36,299 bases of DNA, taken from the NCBI GenBank assembly GCA_001275005.1, contig JWZX01002794.1, positions 1-36,299 on the forward strand, read 5' to 3'. Of the stretch, positions 9,893 to 19,277 are shown piece after piece (within the stretch, counting starts at the first letter, position 1; each line of letters opens with the position of its first letter). The stretch comes from Chrysochromulina tobinii (Eukaryota). Under the pieces are notes generated by a model. It was not told where the DNA came from and did no database searches. It saw only the letters and a program-made list of their open reading frames with translations. The position numbers and the translations under genes are program-made.

Positions 9893-10967
9893 ATGATCGC
9901 GATGCTCATCAACTGTGTAGCGGAGAAGACTACCGCCCACAGTCTTCTCCGCGACACAATCATGTCGGTGGCTTTTTCGCCCGATGGCACGAAGATTGTG
10001 TCAGGATCGGGCAACGGGACGATCGAAGTCTGGGATTCAGGTGCGCTGCGAGCTCAAAATCGTCCCTCCTTGGCCAAAACTGACGCCTGCTGGCTTGTCC
10101 TGCAGGCGCGCTGGGGCTGCTGAGCGAGAAGACGAACGCGCACAGCGACTGGATCAGGTCGGTTGCGTTTTCCCCGGACGGGACCAAGATGGTGTCGGGA
10201 TCGGACGACCAGACGATCAAAGTCTGGGATTCCGGTGCGCCGCGAGCTCAAAATCGCCCCTCCTTGTCCAAAACTGACGCCTGCTGGCTTGTCTGGCAGG
10301 CAAGCTGGAGATGCTGAGCGAGAAGACAAACGCACACAGCAACTGGATCTTGTCGGTTGCGTTTTCCCCGGACGGGACCAAGATTGTGTCGGGATCGGAC
10401 GACGGGACGATCAAAATCTGGGATTCAGGTGCGCCGCGAGCTCAATATCGCCCCTCTCTCCTTGGCCAAAACTGGCGCCTGTTGGCTTGTCTGGCAGGCG
10501 TGCTGGGGCTGTTGAGCGAGAAGACGAACGCCCACAGCTGCGAGACCATGTCAGTGGCGTTTTCCTCGGACGGGACCAAGATTATGTCGGGATCGTACAA
10601 TGGGACGATCAAAATCTGGGATTCTGGTTCGCCCGCGAGCCCTGAAATCGCCCTTCCTTGGCCAAAACTGACGCCTGTGCTGGCTTGTCTGGCAGGCAAC
10701 CTGAAGCTGATGAGCAAGAGGGACGCCCACAGCTGCGAGACCATGTCGGTGGCGTTTTCCTCGGACGGGACCAAGATTATGTCGGGATCGGCCGACGGGA
10801 CGATCAAAGTCTGGGATATGGTCAATTGGTCTCGCAAAGATCATTTGATGTTCAATGATACCACCCAGCGATTCGTCATGCTGCTGCTGTGGCTGAACAA
10901 AAACAGCATGAAGTTTCCGGATGATGTGCTTGATCTACTCATCGAAGCTTGCTTGCACAGCAGGTGA
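9893..10967 (+). CDS. HET-E-like high-identity WD40 repeat protein (5 blades, one per exon) with C-terminal F-box/SOCS-like tail, ~268 aa
   Basis: Exons 9893-10040, 10106-10234, 10300-10428, 10498-10626 and 10696-10967. All introns are GT-AG and phase 1. The repeat is AHS-x4-SVAFS[PS]DGTK-x2-SGS-x3-TIK[VI]WD. A polypyrimidine tract and AG at 9890-9891 suggest another upstream, possibly non-coding, exon. Confidence 0.88.
9915..10817 (+). repeat. Tandem array of ~194-198-bp exon+intron cassettes (4.7 units)
   Basis: Introns 10041-10105, 10235-10299, 10429-10497 and 10627-10695 are near-identical (introns 1 and 2 differ at 5 of 65 nt). Internal exons are all 129 nt. Confidence 0.95.
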
Positions 10968-11463
10968 GAGGTGTGGGGTTTATGGGGTGACGACAACTGG
11001 ATGTGTCGCATCCAATCTGACGCACACGGCTCGCGCCGTGTCTAGAGAGTCTCAACAAGCAGTCGAATGATTGACTCGACTTGTATACCGGACGGGATTA
11101 CCCCCTTGATTACCCCTCGTTACCGGATACCGTACCGCGGGTACTCATGTGTCTCATGACGCGGTACTGTTTATTTACTGTATACCGGTTACTGATAGAA
11201 CGTGCAACGTGCCCCGCCGCACTCTTAGCCCACTCTCTTGAGGAGGTGTGTCCGGCCCCGCCCCTTAGCCCTTTAGTACATCGAGTGGTCTCTCGGCGTC
11301 TTGGTCTTGCTATTTATTTGCATTATTTGTGTCGTATCGTATATGAAGCCCACGCCGCTGCCGGTATCTCGGTGTCGATCCGTCATCCGAGGATGACTGG
11401 CCACTTGCTTCCCGGTCTAAGGCTAGGAATCGGTCCCGGCCCGTAGACGGGCTGTGCTGGCGC

Positions 11464-12072
11464 CTAGCGGGCACGCGGGCTGCCTCCCTGCGAAGAATTG
11501 TCCAGCTGAAGCTCCCGCAGCAGCCGTTCCCGCGAGCATTGGGCAAGTTCCCGGAGCAGACGGTCCCTCGAAGATTCGGCGAGCTCCGCAAGCAAGCGTA
11601 CCCTCGAAGCTGGAGCCATGTACGGCGCGGCCGCGAGCATCCACGCCGACCCCGACGGCTGCGTCTTCTTCTCACCGCTAGCCGCACCTGCCTGCTCGTC
11701 GTCGATGCCGCATAGCCGCATCTGCCTCTCCGCCGCGTCTGCCTCGTGCGCTTCTCTCTCAAGCGCCCTCTCGAGCACTCCGTCGATTGCTCTTCTTCGA
11801 ATGCCTCGACTCATCGCACTCGACAGAGACTCCATGTTTGATTCCGATGAGCACCCGCGGTGCTCCTCAGTATCCACCATATTCAAGAGGTGCTTCCGGA
11901 TGCCCGTATGTCCCTCGTCTCGTTGGGCCGCCCATGCCGTGGCAATTTCCTCATCGTCACGGAACTTGTCAACAGACGAGAGCGCGGTACCCGCGGGCCC
12001 CGCGCCATCTCGAGCTTCTGTCTCACGGTCAAAATACATGTTGATCCATTCGTCCAGTGTCGTCTTTACCAT
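11464..12072 (-). CDS. Hypothetical 202-aa helical protein
   Basis: ATG-started ORF with protein-like composition and a short C-terminal repeat (SRVRLLAELA / SRDRLLRELA / SRERLLRELQ). No family recognised. Confidence 0.5.
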   Translation of the reverse strand: MVKTTLDEWINMYFDRETEARDGAGPAGTALSSVDKFRDDEEIATAWAAQRDEGHTGIRKHLLNMVDTEEHRGCSSESNMESLSSAMSRGIRRRAIDGVLERALEREAHEADAAERQMRLCGIDDEQAGAASGEKKTQPSGSAWMLAAAPYMAPASRVRLLAELAESSRDRLLRELAQCSRERLLRELQLDNSSQGGSPRAR

Positions 12073-12448
12073 CCAGCCTCGACGACACGAGGCACGCGGG
12101 GATCGTTCGATGTTGGTCGCGATTCGTTACGAAAAAACGCACGCCTCCAACGTCCAAGCAAAAGTTGTCACTACATTTATGCCTCTACAATGCATGCGCA
12201 TGCCCTCGTCACGAAAAAGGTGGTAACGTAAGGGAAGAGGAAGTAAAAGAGGAAGAGGGTTCCACGAGACGCGAGAAGAGCGTGCACACGTCATCGACAT
12301 TCATTTTGATTTTCAGCCGAGCGGGGCCGGGTTCTTACATGTAACATATTACGACGTAAAAATCGAGAAAGAATGTGCTGCCGGAGTGCGCGTCTACGGT
12401 GTGAGCTCCTGTGCGACCGGGTCCAGATCCGTCCGAGAGCGCCCTAAT

Positions 12449-14461
12449 CTACCCCCTAAGCTCGCGCTCTGCATCCAGCAGCCAGCTTAGCTGCTCCGTC
12501 TCGAGCGCGGGCGCTCCCACCGGAGCCCCCACTCTGCTCGGTGATGGTGGTGCTGCTGGCGACGACGGCTCCGGTCTGCTCACCGGGCTACCGCTGCGGG
12601 CGCCGCCTCCCCCATCGAACGAGCCGCGTGCAGAGCTCGCGTGTCGGCGTGCGCTCTGGTGCGAGCGGACGAGGGCGGCAAGCAGAGTATCCCCTTCGGC
12701 CAGCTCCGCCTCGAGCAGCGCGCTGCAAGAGCGCAGCCGGCGCGACTCGTCGGCAAAGCACGCACGCAGCGTGCTAGTGTGAACGACGGCAGTTGCGGCC
12801 GCCTCGGCAGCTGCTTCCGCCTCCGCCGCCCGGCGCGTCTCAGAGGCGGCCAGCGCCGCCGCCGTCGCGTCCGCCAACGCTTGCGCCTCCACCGTCGCCG
12901 CCTCTGCCATCGAAAGCGCCGTCTCGAGCGCCAGTGCCCGCTGGCGCAGCGCCTCTGACTCCAAGTCGTATCCCGTTCGCAGCTCCTCCATCTTTGCCGC
13001 GATCCCCTCGGCAAGGCGCGCCTGGAGCACGGCCCCGTCAGCGGGCGCACGGCGCAGGAGCTTGCGGTATTCCACACGGTCCACCCAGCTGTAGAAGGTT
13101 GCTACGAGAAGAGCACGCTGGCAACGGCGCAACTCCACCGCAGCAGCGGAGGGCAGTGCAGCAGCGGGCTCGGGCATTGCCCACCACGGCGCCCTCGCAG
13201 AGCCAGTGGGCAGAGGCGACGCGAGTACGACTGAGCTCCCGATCTCCGACGTGGAGCTCCCAATCTCCGACGCGAGGACGACTGGCCAGCCCACGGCCGG
13301 AGACGGCGACAGCGCCGCCTCGGCGCCGCCCGCGACGGCGCCCGCGACGGCGCCCGCGTCCTCCTCGTCCTCATCGCCGGGGTAGCGGATGATTGCCGAT
13401 TTCATCAGCGGACTGCCGCCATAGCCGCCGCCGCCATAGCCGCCGCCGCCATAGCCGCCGCCGCCATAGCCGCCGCCTCCATAGCTGCCGCCGCTGCCGC
13501 CTCTGGCGCGAGGGCTACGCGCTCCCGAGCGCCATCCCGAGCACATGGCGCCATGGGCTGAGAACAGCGAGCCACCCTCACAGTGCGTATTCGGACTCAG
13601 AAGCGAGAGAGAGCGCTGCGCAGCGGCCTCGGCTTTGAGGCAAGCTGCTTCCGCTTGCAGACCGTCCACTTGGGCGGCCTGACGCGTCACGTGCAGCGCG
13701 AGCTCGTCGAGGTGCGCGGCCGAGCGGCTCAGCTGCCCATCGGCGGCCGCGAGCATCAGCAGCGTCGCACACAGTGCCACCGCCGTCTGTGAACCCACCT
13801 GTGAACCCTCTTCGCATCTCGACGCGAGCTCGGCCATCGAGGCACGCGCCTCGTCGCGCTCGGCGCACGCGCGCGCGTTGGCGGCTTCGGCGGCCTCGAG
13901 GCGTTTGGCGAGGTCCTCGCGCTCCGCTTCGATCGCCGTGTTGAGCGCGGCCAGCCGCTTGGCCGAGTGGGTCATGCTTCGCAGCTCCGCATCCTTCTGC
14001 TCGAGCGCCGCAGCGAGCTGCTTGTTCGCGTCGCTCAGTGCCATGAGCTTACTCTGCGCATTGGTCTTGACGCGCGCCACGCGTTCGACAAGCGCCGCCA
14101 CCTGCTCCTCCCTTTCACCCGCGAGCGCGCCCTTCGCCTCCGCCTCGGCCGCCGCGGCAGTAACGCGCCGCGCCGCACGGCCACGCTCAAGCTCGCGGTA
14201 CCACGCCAGGAAGACGGGCTGCAGCGTGCGCAGCTGCCACATGTCGATGCGCGCGCCGCGGCGGGCCTCCTTTTGGAGCTTGCGCAGCACATTCACCTGA
14301 GTCTCCAGAAGATAGCGTTCCTCTCGGCTCGCGGTGAGCTCCGCGCGCAGCCCGCGAAGCTCCGAGCGCAGGGCTGCCCGCTGGTGGCCACCCATGTCGA
14401 CGTCAAATGGGCTGCTCTGCACTGGCTCCTCGTCGTCGGGATGAGTGTATGAGTCGCTCAT
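12449..14461 (-). CDS. Hypothetical 670-aa coiled-coil protein with a central Gly/Tyr-rich low-complexity insert
   Basis: Long ATG ORF with heptad-rich Ala/Glu/Leu/Arg segments, (GGGGY)n, and two F-x2-W motifs (VFLAWY, TFYSWV). Confidence 0.7.
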   Translation of the reverse strand: MSDSYTHPDDEEPVQSSPFDVDMGGHQRAALRSELRGLRAELTASREERYLLETQVNVLRKLQKEARRGARIDMWQLRTLQPVFLAWYRELERGRAARRVTAAAAEAEAKGALAGEREEQVAALVERVARVKTNAQSKLMALSDANKQLAAALEQKDAELRSMTHSAKRLAALNTAIEAEREDLAKRLEAAEAANARACAERDEARASMAELASRCEEGSQVGSQTAVALCATLLMLAAADGQLSRSAAHLDELALHVTRQAAQVDGLQAEAACLKAEAAAQRSLSLLSPNTHCEGGSLFSAHGAMCSGWRSGARSPRARGGSGGSYGGGGYGGGGYGGGGYGGGGYGGSPLMKSAIIRYPGDEDEEDAGAVAGAVAGGAEAALSPSPAVGWPVVLASEIGSSTSEIGSSVVLASPLPTGSARAPWWAMPEPAAALPSAAAVELRRCQRALLVATFYSWVDRVEYRKLLRRAPADGAVLQARLAEGIAAKMEELRTGYDLESEALRQRALALETALSMAEAATVEAQALADATAAALAASETRRAAEAEAAAEAAATAVVHTSTLRACFADESRRLRSCSALLEAELAEGDTLLAALVRSHQSARRHASSARGSFDGGGGARSGSPVSRPEPSSPAAPPSPSRVGAPVGAPALETEQLSWLLDAERELRG
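13415..13484 (-). repeat. 15-nt coding tandem repeat (GGGGY) x~4.5
   Basis: gccgccgccgccata repeats on the plus strand. Confidence 0.9.
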
Positions 14462-15451
14462 CCTGATGGATTATACGGACTGCGGTGGTGAAGGTGAACG
14501 CTGGCGAGAGAAGCCTTCCGGAATGCATGATTTTAGAGGAGAATTCACAGCCAATGTTTAGAATTCGACACCCAGTTCACACGGCACATTCATTTCCATT
14601 CACAACACACCAACACGCAAACGAAACTCCAATGCGTGAAAATTTCACAGAGCCATGCGCAATTGACACACTTCACAGAAAGAAGTACAGAACAAGGCAA
14701 GCAAGCACACTTCGCGCAATTGCCATACAAGTCGCGCCACTCAATAAAACACCTGTGCGCGTTCCGGCACAACGGCACAGCCACACGGAGCCACACGAGG
14801 CTCGGACGCGGTCGGTGGGTTGGTCGGTGGCGCTAGCGCGCTAGCGCTACAGCGCACAAACACAAACTTACATGTAATCAAACACACAGAAATCAGAGTC
14901 CTCGGATACGGGCGCCCCCCCGAACCCCCGCCCCCGCGAAACAAGATTCAAGACACGAGACTCAAGACGAAAATACTTTCCGCCGAGCGCCGTTTCGTTA
15001 TAATTCCTGAGCACAGTCAAGAAATATCAAGAATAATGAATCGCAAATTATACAAGAGGCATGGCATTTTGATGCCCGATTGGCGCAAGGCCCAGGAGAT
15101 CTTGTCCCCCCGCCTTGGCCTTCGACCCCCGCCTCAAAGCTCAATCTCTAGCCGCGCGTGGTCCGTGGACGCGAGCCCGTTCCGTTCCCGGCTCTTGTCC
15201 GTCGCGCGTTCTCCGACGGTGTCCGGCGTACTAAGATCTAAGACTAAGTCGTGGTACTACGCAGCGTGGGACGCAAGACGCATACATGCTGTCGTGTTGT
15301 ATCCTACCTGAGTATAAACTGTTACTCGACAGTGAAACACACGCACTGGACACACAGTTATCCTGTTTGGGGTGCGACAGGATCAACCGAACTTACCGGA
15401 TCAACTAGGGGGCGGAATAGGAGCTGTCTAATCCGGTCCTATACCTATTCT

Positions 15452-18400
15452 TTATCTGTCTTGGTCTTCCCCCGAGGTGGGTTCTCTGCTTCCCCGCCCA
15501 TACCGTAGCAGCTGCACGACCGTGCTGCCAATCTTGCTACCAATCTTGAGCGCGACCTTAACCACCTTAGATGGCTCCATCTTCATCGCCTCGATGTCTC
15601 TGAGCGCCTTCTCGACCACGCTTGGGCTGGCCCTGTTCCCCCACTCTTCGACCGCCTCCGTCATCTTCCGGATGACCCATAGTAGGTCGTTTGAGCAGGT
15701 GCGCGAGGCTTCAATCATGGCATCCGCCTCGACGATCTTAGCCAGCTCCGCCTTCGCCATGGCCATCGGTCCAGGGCTCCATTCCACGTCGCAGTCGAAT
15801 ATTGCTGTTTCTACCCTCGTCGCCTCGCCCGATCGCAACGCCTTGCGCAGCCTAGTCTCTTGTCTAGTCACTTGCTTAAGCTTGAACTTGACTTCATTCC
15901 TGATGTTTGCGGAACACAACACGAGACGGTGCTTAGCCGCCTCTTCGAGCCGATGCTTGTCGCCCGTCGACAAGATGGAACGGATCTCTCGGTCTGCAAG
16001 CGCAACACAGCGTTCGGTAATCTCTTTGATCAAGCTCGGGCTGCAGCCGCACGTCAGCGCATTGGCACCCGAGGTCCTTTCGAGCACTGCATCATGCTCC
16101 CCGCGTATAAAGGTGTTCTGAAGGTCTTCGTCCGCCCGCAGCGTGTTCGAAAGCTTTGCTTGGGCCACTGACGCGAGCTGCGGATGCCACATGTACACCT
16201 CCGGTTGCGCGAGCGCCATGGACATGTCGGAGGCCTCATGGGTTTCGATGGCGTCTAGAAGGGCGGCTTTCATCCGCATCGCCTGCTCGAGCTTCTCCTC
16301 TGACGTGCGGGCTACCGCCTGGCTGCACTCGTCGCGGCAAATGCTCCACACACGCTCGAGCGCCGCTTGGTCCCCTTCTGCCAACACTGTGCAAAGCGAC
16401 CGGTCGGCCCATTCGACACCCTTACGGCGAACCTCTTTAGCCAAGTCGCGGCTGCACGTGGCGAGCAGCTGCTTCGTGGTGGGCGAGTAGAAATCGCCCA
16501 AGGCGACGGCGGCCAAGAGCTGCGTGTCCGCTTGCAATAAGGGGCCGAGGACCTTGTGCGCCTCTAGGTTCTCGGTCGGGCTGAATCTGACATCGAGATT
16601 CCTTAGAGCAGCGACGATCGCTGCAGCCGACAGAGCTTCCAGCGCGCGCGCCAGCTCCGCCTCTGTCTGTACGATCGCCTCTTGCTTGCGCCTCACCTCG
16701 GCCGCCACCTCGAAGCTGCACGTCTCGAGATGCTTCTCTTTGCCATAGGCTGCGTCCTCAAGTGCAACCTTGTCACCGGTGTTCAGCACGTGCTTGAGCA
16801 TCGCGTCCGAGATGCTGATTCTGGCTCGTTTCACCTCCTCTGCGACCGAAGGGCTGCAGTTGGAGCAGTGTTCCTTGGCGGCCTGCTCGAGAATCGGCTT
16901 TTTGCGCGTTGCCATGGCGGCTTTGAGTGCCGCATCTGCAGTAAGTAGGTGCTGGAGCTTCTCGCACGCTGCAGCCACCGCAACCGGGCTCCAATGCTTC
17001 TCCATACTCTGCAATGCGTCCAAAATCAATGTCGCCTCTTGCGACTCCACCGCTTCGCTCAGCTTACTCTCGTGCTGAGCCACCATCTCCAGCTTGCGTT
17101 GCATCTCGTCGAGCACCTCAGGGCTACATGTCTTCATCCGATGCTTCATGCGCTCATATGTCTCTAGTCCACGCGACTCCATCGTGAGCAATTTCCGGAG
17201 TGCAACGTCGGAGTACTTTTGGAGCTCCTTCATCACTTCTGCCACAATGGCAGGGCTTGCAGCAGCAAGGTGGTTAGCAGCCACGAACTCGAGGTTCTGG
17301 AGGAACGCCTCGCTTTCTGAGTCTTCGTCGGTACAGGCTGAGTACCTTTTCCGTGGCGAGTCGGAACACCTCCTCTGCGGCAGCCTTCGCCTCGGCGGCA
17401 GCCCTCGCCTCGGAAGCGGCCCTTGCAGCCTCGCTCTTGGCCTGTAGCACGCGCGCAAACGTGCCGGCCTTGATCGACACGCCTACTTTAGCGCGCCCTG
17501 CCTCAGCCTCGTTCTCCACGACCCCTTCAACTGGAGTGTCTGCTGCTGGCGCCTCTTCAACTGGAGTGTCTGCTTCTGGCGCCTCTTCAACTGGATAGTC
17601 TGTTGCTGGCGCCTGTTCTGCGAGCGCGAGTGCTGCCGCACGTATGCCAGGCTTTGCTTTCTTGATGGCCTTCCGTGCCAGACGGAGCGTAGTCCATCGA
17701 CCTCGCGCTGCGAGTGCCGCGCGCAGGGCCGGGTCAGCTTCATTCTCGGTGACCTTATCGGCCAGAAATTCGATGGCGATCTTGGCCTCATCCGATTCAG
17801 CGAGCTTTGCCCAGTCTGGCCGGAGGCGTTGCTCGTTGATGACAGCTCGGATGGCCTCCAAGTCGGCGAATGCGTTCACCGTACGCAGCGCGTGCCGACC
17901 CTCGCGTAGCAGCATTTCCTCGACAAAGTATGGCCTCTTGCGCAGCTTGTTGAGGAGGGCGTCAACGCGTGGCCAGCAGCGAGAGAAGAGCTTTGAGAAG
18001 AGCTGCTCCACCTCCACCTGCACACCCTCACGAGACCCTTGCCCGATGCCCGGGCTTCCTGGTCGGCCTGCGGGCTTCCACACCACGAACACTTCGTACG
18101 CTCCCAGCCGCGACGCCGCAGCGCCAAAGCCCGCCCGAGGCAAATTGGATGCCAGGTTAGCCTCATGAGATGCCTGGGCTAGTCCCTGCTGCCAGTCGAA
18201 AAAGGCGGGGCCCGAGCGCGTCGCATCACCCCAGTCCTCAGGCAGGCGCATCACCCTGGTAGTGAAATAGCAGTTCTCAGGATACTGATGCGAACGGAGG
18301 GCACCGTCGACAGCATGGGTGAGCTGACTGAGCTGCTGCTGGTATTTGCCCTCGTCGTGCTGCAGCGAACCGACGGCAGAGTTTGGTCTTGGCCGCATCT

Positions 18401-19082
18401 CGACGAGGATCACCAACTCTTCACGGACTCGGAAAGCATGATGGATGAGGGCAGCTCGCATCTTCTCCGAGATCAGGGCAGTCTCATATCGTTCCGGCAG
18501 CGCGCGGCTTTGTCGGCTCTCCTCTCTTGCTTCCGGTGCCGTGAACTGTGACGCGTTGCGCGGCAGTTCTGGTGCCGACCGGTGGCGTTGCAACGAGGGA
18601 GCTCGTCGGTGATGAAGCTGCGGCGTGCCCGATGCCGCCGCCGATACGGAATCAATTGACGCGGTTGAGCTGGCCAGAGTCGTCTCGGTCGCCGCCGGCC
18701 TTGTAAGCCATTCCACTGGCCGCGGGAGCTGGAGTGCCAAAGATGGCGCAGGAGTCGGCCTCGCGAGCTGGAGCAATCGAGGTGTGATGAGGCGTGAGTT
18801 TTTCTTCTGAGCGGCTTCCGCTGCCGCAGCATTCAGCAGACTGAGCATGGCAGCACTGGCTCCACTTGGAGCTTGCACCGACATCGGCACCTGCTCGTTC
18901 AAGCTGGCCTCGTTTTGCCGCTTGGAACGTGACTCTGAAGTTGAAGACCCAAATTTCTGTGCACCCACATTGGCAGTCGCAGACGGCAGGAGTGGCGCTG
19001 GCCGTCGTCTCGTGGGCCGCGCGTGCGGCTGAGACACCGACCACTTGGGGTTCGTCGCTGCCGGGACGAGGCTCGACCTCAT
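15452..19082 (-). CDS. ~1200-aa protein: disordered N-terminus, Rdx (SelT/SelW/SelH-like) fold lacking CxxC/U, then alpha-helical repeats
   Basis: ORFs 17274..19082 and 15452..17458 join either through a 49-nt GT-AG intron (17297-17345; ATEK|NLEFV) or a 1-nt indel near 17337. Rdx signature: RLGAYEVFV...LFSKLFSRCWP, preceded by HDEGKY. Confidence 0.65.
17521..17614 (-). repeat. 30-nt coding tandem repeat x3 (APATDYPVEE / APEADTPVEE / APAADTPVEG)
   Basis: gcctcttcaactggagtgtctgcttctggc-type units visible directly. Confidence 0.9.
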
Positions 19083-19277
19083 CGGGGCCCGGCGATGAAC
19101 CGCCTGGGACTTTTTGAGCTTCGGGATTCGCGCATAGTTGCGCGCTGTATCGGTAACGGTACCTGTGCTGGCGGTGCGCTGTACGGTCCGTGTACCGGTA
19201 CTTTGAAAGGATGAGGTATAAAGGCTTTAAGCTTCCGGCGAGGCGTCAAGCGCCGCGGGAGACAGCTCCTTTTTCTC

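Noticed and set aside
9241..10083. 280-aa ORF upstream of and overlapping the WD40 gene, considered as a possible N-terminal effector or NACHT domain
   Set aside because: It is out of frame with the WD40 exon, has Arg/Pro/Ser-rich non-coding-like composition, and shows no P-loop or other domain motif.
9915..10817. Regular repeat-spacer pattern resembling a CRISPR array
   Set aside because: The units are coding exons plus GT-AG introns, the 'spacers' are homologous to each other, and there are no cas genes.
11082..11280. TGTA...TACA-bounded ~200-bp segment resembling a solo LTR
   Set aside because: Flanks (cgact / tcgag) are not a matching TSD, and there is no convincing PBS, PPT or second copy. 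Similar GTAC/TACCG-rich text occurs near other gene ends (19140-19200, 35640-35700).
11439..11467. Hairpin gcccgt-ag-acgggc followed 11 nt later by CTAG, like a Helitron 3' end (a similar hairpin+CTAG is at ~11025-11045)
   Set aside because: CTAG is not followed by the T of an A/T target site, and no 5' TC end or Rep/helicase can be identified. Such motifs are expected by chance in GC-rich DNA.
14820..15311. 163-aa ORF and the 18-bp palindrome gcgctagcgcgctagcgc (~14830)
   Set aside because: Non-ATG start, AT-richer intergenic composition and no motif. The palindrome is a simple short duplication with no supporting context.
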